A DNA stretch of 64,000 bases from Vicugna vicugna (lineage: Eukaryota). The position numbers were made by a program, and so were the translations under genes. The number at the start of each line of letters is the position of its first letter. Positions within the stretch are counted from its first letter, which is position 1. This document shows positions 61,955-64,000 of the stretch, in pieces. Where the stretch lies: the NCBI GenBank assembly GCA_013265495.1, contig MU057796.1, forward strand, positions 62,001 to 126,000. Reading direction: 5' to 3'. The notes under the pieces are model-generated. The model had not been told where the DNA came from. It saw nothing but the letters and a program-made list of their open reading frames with translations, and did no database searches.

Positions 61955-62513
61955 TGTTGACTGTATCAGTCCTGTTTTCCACTTCCTGTATTTTATGATG
62001 CTTTGACCTCTTGGGGGTCTTGTTGGCTGGGGAGAGACTGCCCCTCCCAAGGTAGCTCATTCCTAGAGGAGCAAACAACCCATCTGTTAGCGTTGCCTTT
62101 CGTATCCAAAGAAATTAAACCCTGACCCCAATCACCACGTTTACCTAACTCACGTGCACCAAGCCAGTATTTCCCCTGACCCAGACCCAGACCCAGACCC
62201 AGGCACTGGACGACTGGAGATCACCCCGTAGCTCTGGGCCCTGAAATTAGTCCAACTGTCTGCTTCTAAACTCACTCGTACTCACCTACCCTGCCTCACC
62301 CCTGCCTTCCCGTGAAACCATCCTAAAGACTCGGCTGTGCCCTCTCCCGTGAGCCTCGAGCCTCCTGAGCCACCCTGGGCTCCCCCACGTGGCCTCGTGT
62401 GCTGTGGCTCCTCGTGGGAACTGCGTGGAATGGAAGTTCTTTCAAAGGCATGGATGTCTGTGTCCCATCACTCAGTCACCCCCGTAAATTAGATCCCGGG
62501 TACATTTAGAACA
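61955..62513 (+). mobile_element. ERV1-class solo LTR (MER110-like)
   Basis: TG...CA-bounded segment of ~560 bp. cctgtattttatgatgctttgacctcttgggg...gactgcccctcccaaggtagctcattcctagag and the end gggtacatttagaaca match recalled MER110-type LTRs. Confidence 0.65.
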
Positions 62514-62794
62514 AGGGCCATGACTGTCAGCTTCCGAGCACGCAGGGAGCTGGGACCTTGCCGTCTCACTGTAGTAAGCGGGGAGGGGCGGTCGGCCTGC
62601 CCACCCCCTTCTCTCCTGGTAGAAACATCCCCCATTTTTCCTGGGGGCACACACCTTCTGTGCCCTTCCTGCAACCTCGCTTTTAAATTTTCCTTCTTTT
62701 CAGTGAGTTACTACCCTAGATTAAAAAAAAAATTTTTTTTTTCTGCTGAAATGAAGCAGAATCCTCACTGCCAGCCCCAGAGAGGTTCACCTAC

Positions 62795-63257
62795 TGGGTT
62801 GGTTCCCTATGGCTGCTGTTGACAAATTACCGTGATCTTAGTGGCCGGAAACAGAACAAATGTATGTACTACCTCGCAGGTTCGGGGGGTCAGAAGTCTG
62901 AAATCTAGGTGTCGGCAGGGTTTCATCCTTCCAGAGGCTCTAGGGGAGAACGCGTTTCCTCGCCTTCCTAGCGTCTGGAGGCTGCCTGTGTTCCTTGGCT
63001 GGTAGCCCCTTCCTCTGTCTTCAAAGCCAGCAGCGTGGCACGTTCAGATCTCTGACCCTAGTCCTCCTGCCACCCTCTTAAAAGGACAGTTGTGATTACA
63101 TGGTGCCCACTCACATAATCCAGGGTAATCTTTCTGTCTCAAGATCCTTAGCTTCATCACCCCTGCAAAGTCCCTTTGTGATGTAAGAAACAGAGTCACA
63201 GGTTTCAGGGAGTAGAATGTGGGCATTTGGGGAGGGGGCAGTACTCTGCCCACCATA
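62795..63257 (-). mobile_element. MLT1D-like MaLR solo LTR
   Basis: ggctgctgttgacaaattacc...ggtcagaagtctgaaat...ttccagaggctctaggggagaa...cataatccagggtaatct...tcacaggtttcagggagtagaatgtgggcatttgggg...ctgcccaccata is antisense MLT1C/D. Confidence 0.85.
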
Positions 63258-63424
63258 CTTCCGGAATGGAGGCCACGTGGCCAGTAGCTGGTGGTGCCAG
63301 GAATGGAACCCAAGACTTTGGACCCTGAGATGCTCATCCTTACTGCTCTGCCACAGCCGCGTCTCCAGGTGGGAGCGGGCGCTGTCATCTGTCCAGCCTC
63401 CCAGGAGAGTGGAGCACTGACTCT

Positions 63425-63515
63425 CACCCGCCCACGCGGCTGGGGGACGGAGAGGCTCACGCCGCGCCGCGCAGTCAGCCCCGCTCCGCTGGTGACTCAC
63501 GGAGGAAGTGGGGCG
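63425..63515. promoter_or_regulatory. Candidate compact enhancer (EGR + AP-1 + ETS motifs in a CpG micro-cluster)
   Basis: CGCCCACGC (63429-63437), TGACTCA (63493-63499) and GAGGAAGT (63502-63509) lie within a ~90-bp CpG-dense patch. Confidence 0.45.
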
Positions 63516-63799
63516 ATGCATTTAGCTCTGCTTTGGTGGCTTCCTTCAAAGAGGAGTCAAACTTTCCTTCCAGAAAGGTTTGGGCATTTGGCATGGATAG
63601 GAAAATACCATGTTATTTTTCAGAGGAAAATGCCCTGAAGATGTAAGTCATCATCTAATGATCTTATTTAATCAGTCTGACTATGACCTCACATGCGTCC
63701 TGTTTTTCAATGAGCCCTCCCTGTCTGCTTCCAGGCCTGCCCTGGTGCTGGGTGCCTTCCACCCACCACGACGGCCACCCTGGGAGAAAACGACATCGT

Positions 63800-63920
63800 T
63801 TTTTTCCAGATGGAGAAACTGAGGCACGGTGGGGGTGAGGCTTGCCGATCTTTTGCCCAGAGCCAGCAGCTCATCAGTGGCAAAGGGAGGACTTTAAGCA
63901 TCCAGTTCAGGACTGCGTTC
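63800..63920 (-). mobile_element. MIR
   Basis: ttttccagatggagaaactgaggcac...ttgcccagagccagcagctcatcagtggcaaag. Confidence 0.7.
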
Positions 63921-64000
63921 TCCTTTCTGGCCCTTTGTAGTGGGCGATGTGCTGTGTAGCCCCAGGAGGGCTGGGCACACAGTGGGGTCTGAGCATAAAA

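Noticed and set aside
1..64000. Prokaryotic-type systems (operons, CRISPR, defence islands) or a named host gene
   Set aside because: The sequence is clearly mammalian and repeat-rich. No host-gene coding exon was recognised, so naming a gene would be a guess.

Overview
Mammalian non-coding DNA, very probably from a camelid (alpaca, llama or camel). The inference rests on six tRNA-Ala-derived SINE copies of the camelid Vic-1 type and on young artiodactyl-type L1 3' ends. I find no intact protein-coding gene; almost all ORFs in the track are chance ORFs or TE remnants. The only clear cellular protein homology is a 5'-truncated, intronless NUDT5 retrocopy (15611-16243). It sits inside an old L1 and is itself interrupted by a younger L1. 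Other well-supported structure: a 558-bp head-to-tail duplication (8652-9767, 12 substitutions by eye), a duplicated SINE+TSD unit, a ~80-bp twin-primed (5'-inverted) L1, a poly(A)-tailed retrocopy of an ERV LTR R region, three differently deleted Tigger1 derivatives, and many L1, L2, MIR, MER and LTR relics. A CpG island (~11.25-12.02 kb), a (GA)n-associated candidate first exon with a consensus donor (2881/2882) and several TE-free TAAT-rich blocks suggest the 5' or intronic part of a large + strand gene, which I cannot name. I see no convincing evidence of a new biological system. TE family names come from recalled consensus sequences, and old-repeat boundaries are approximate.
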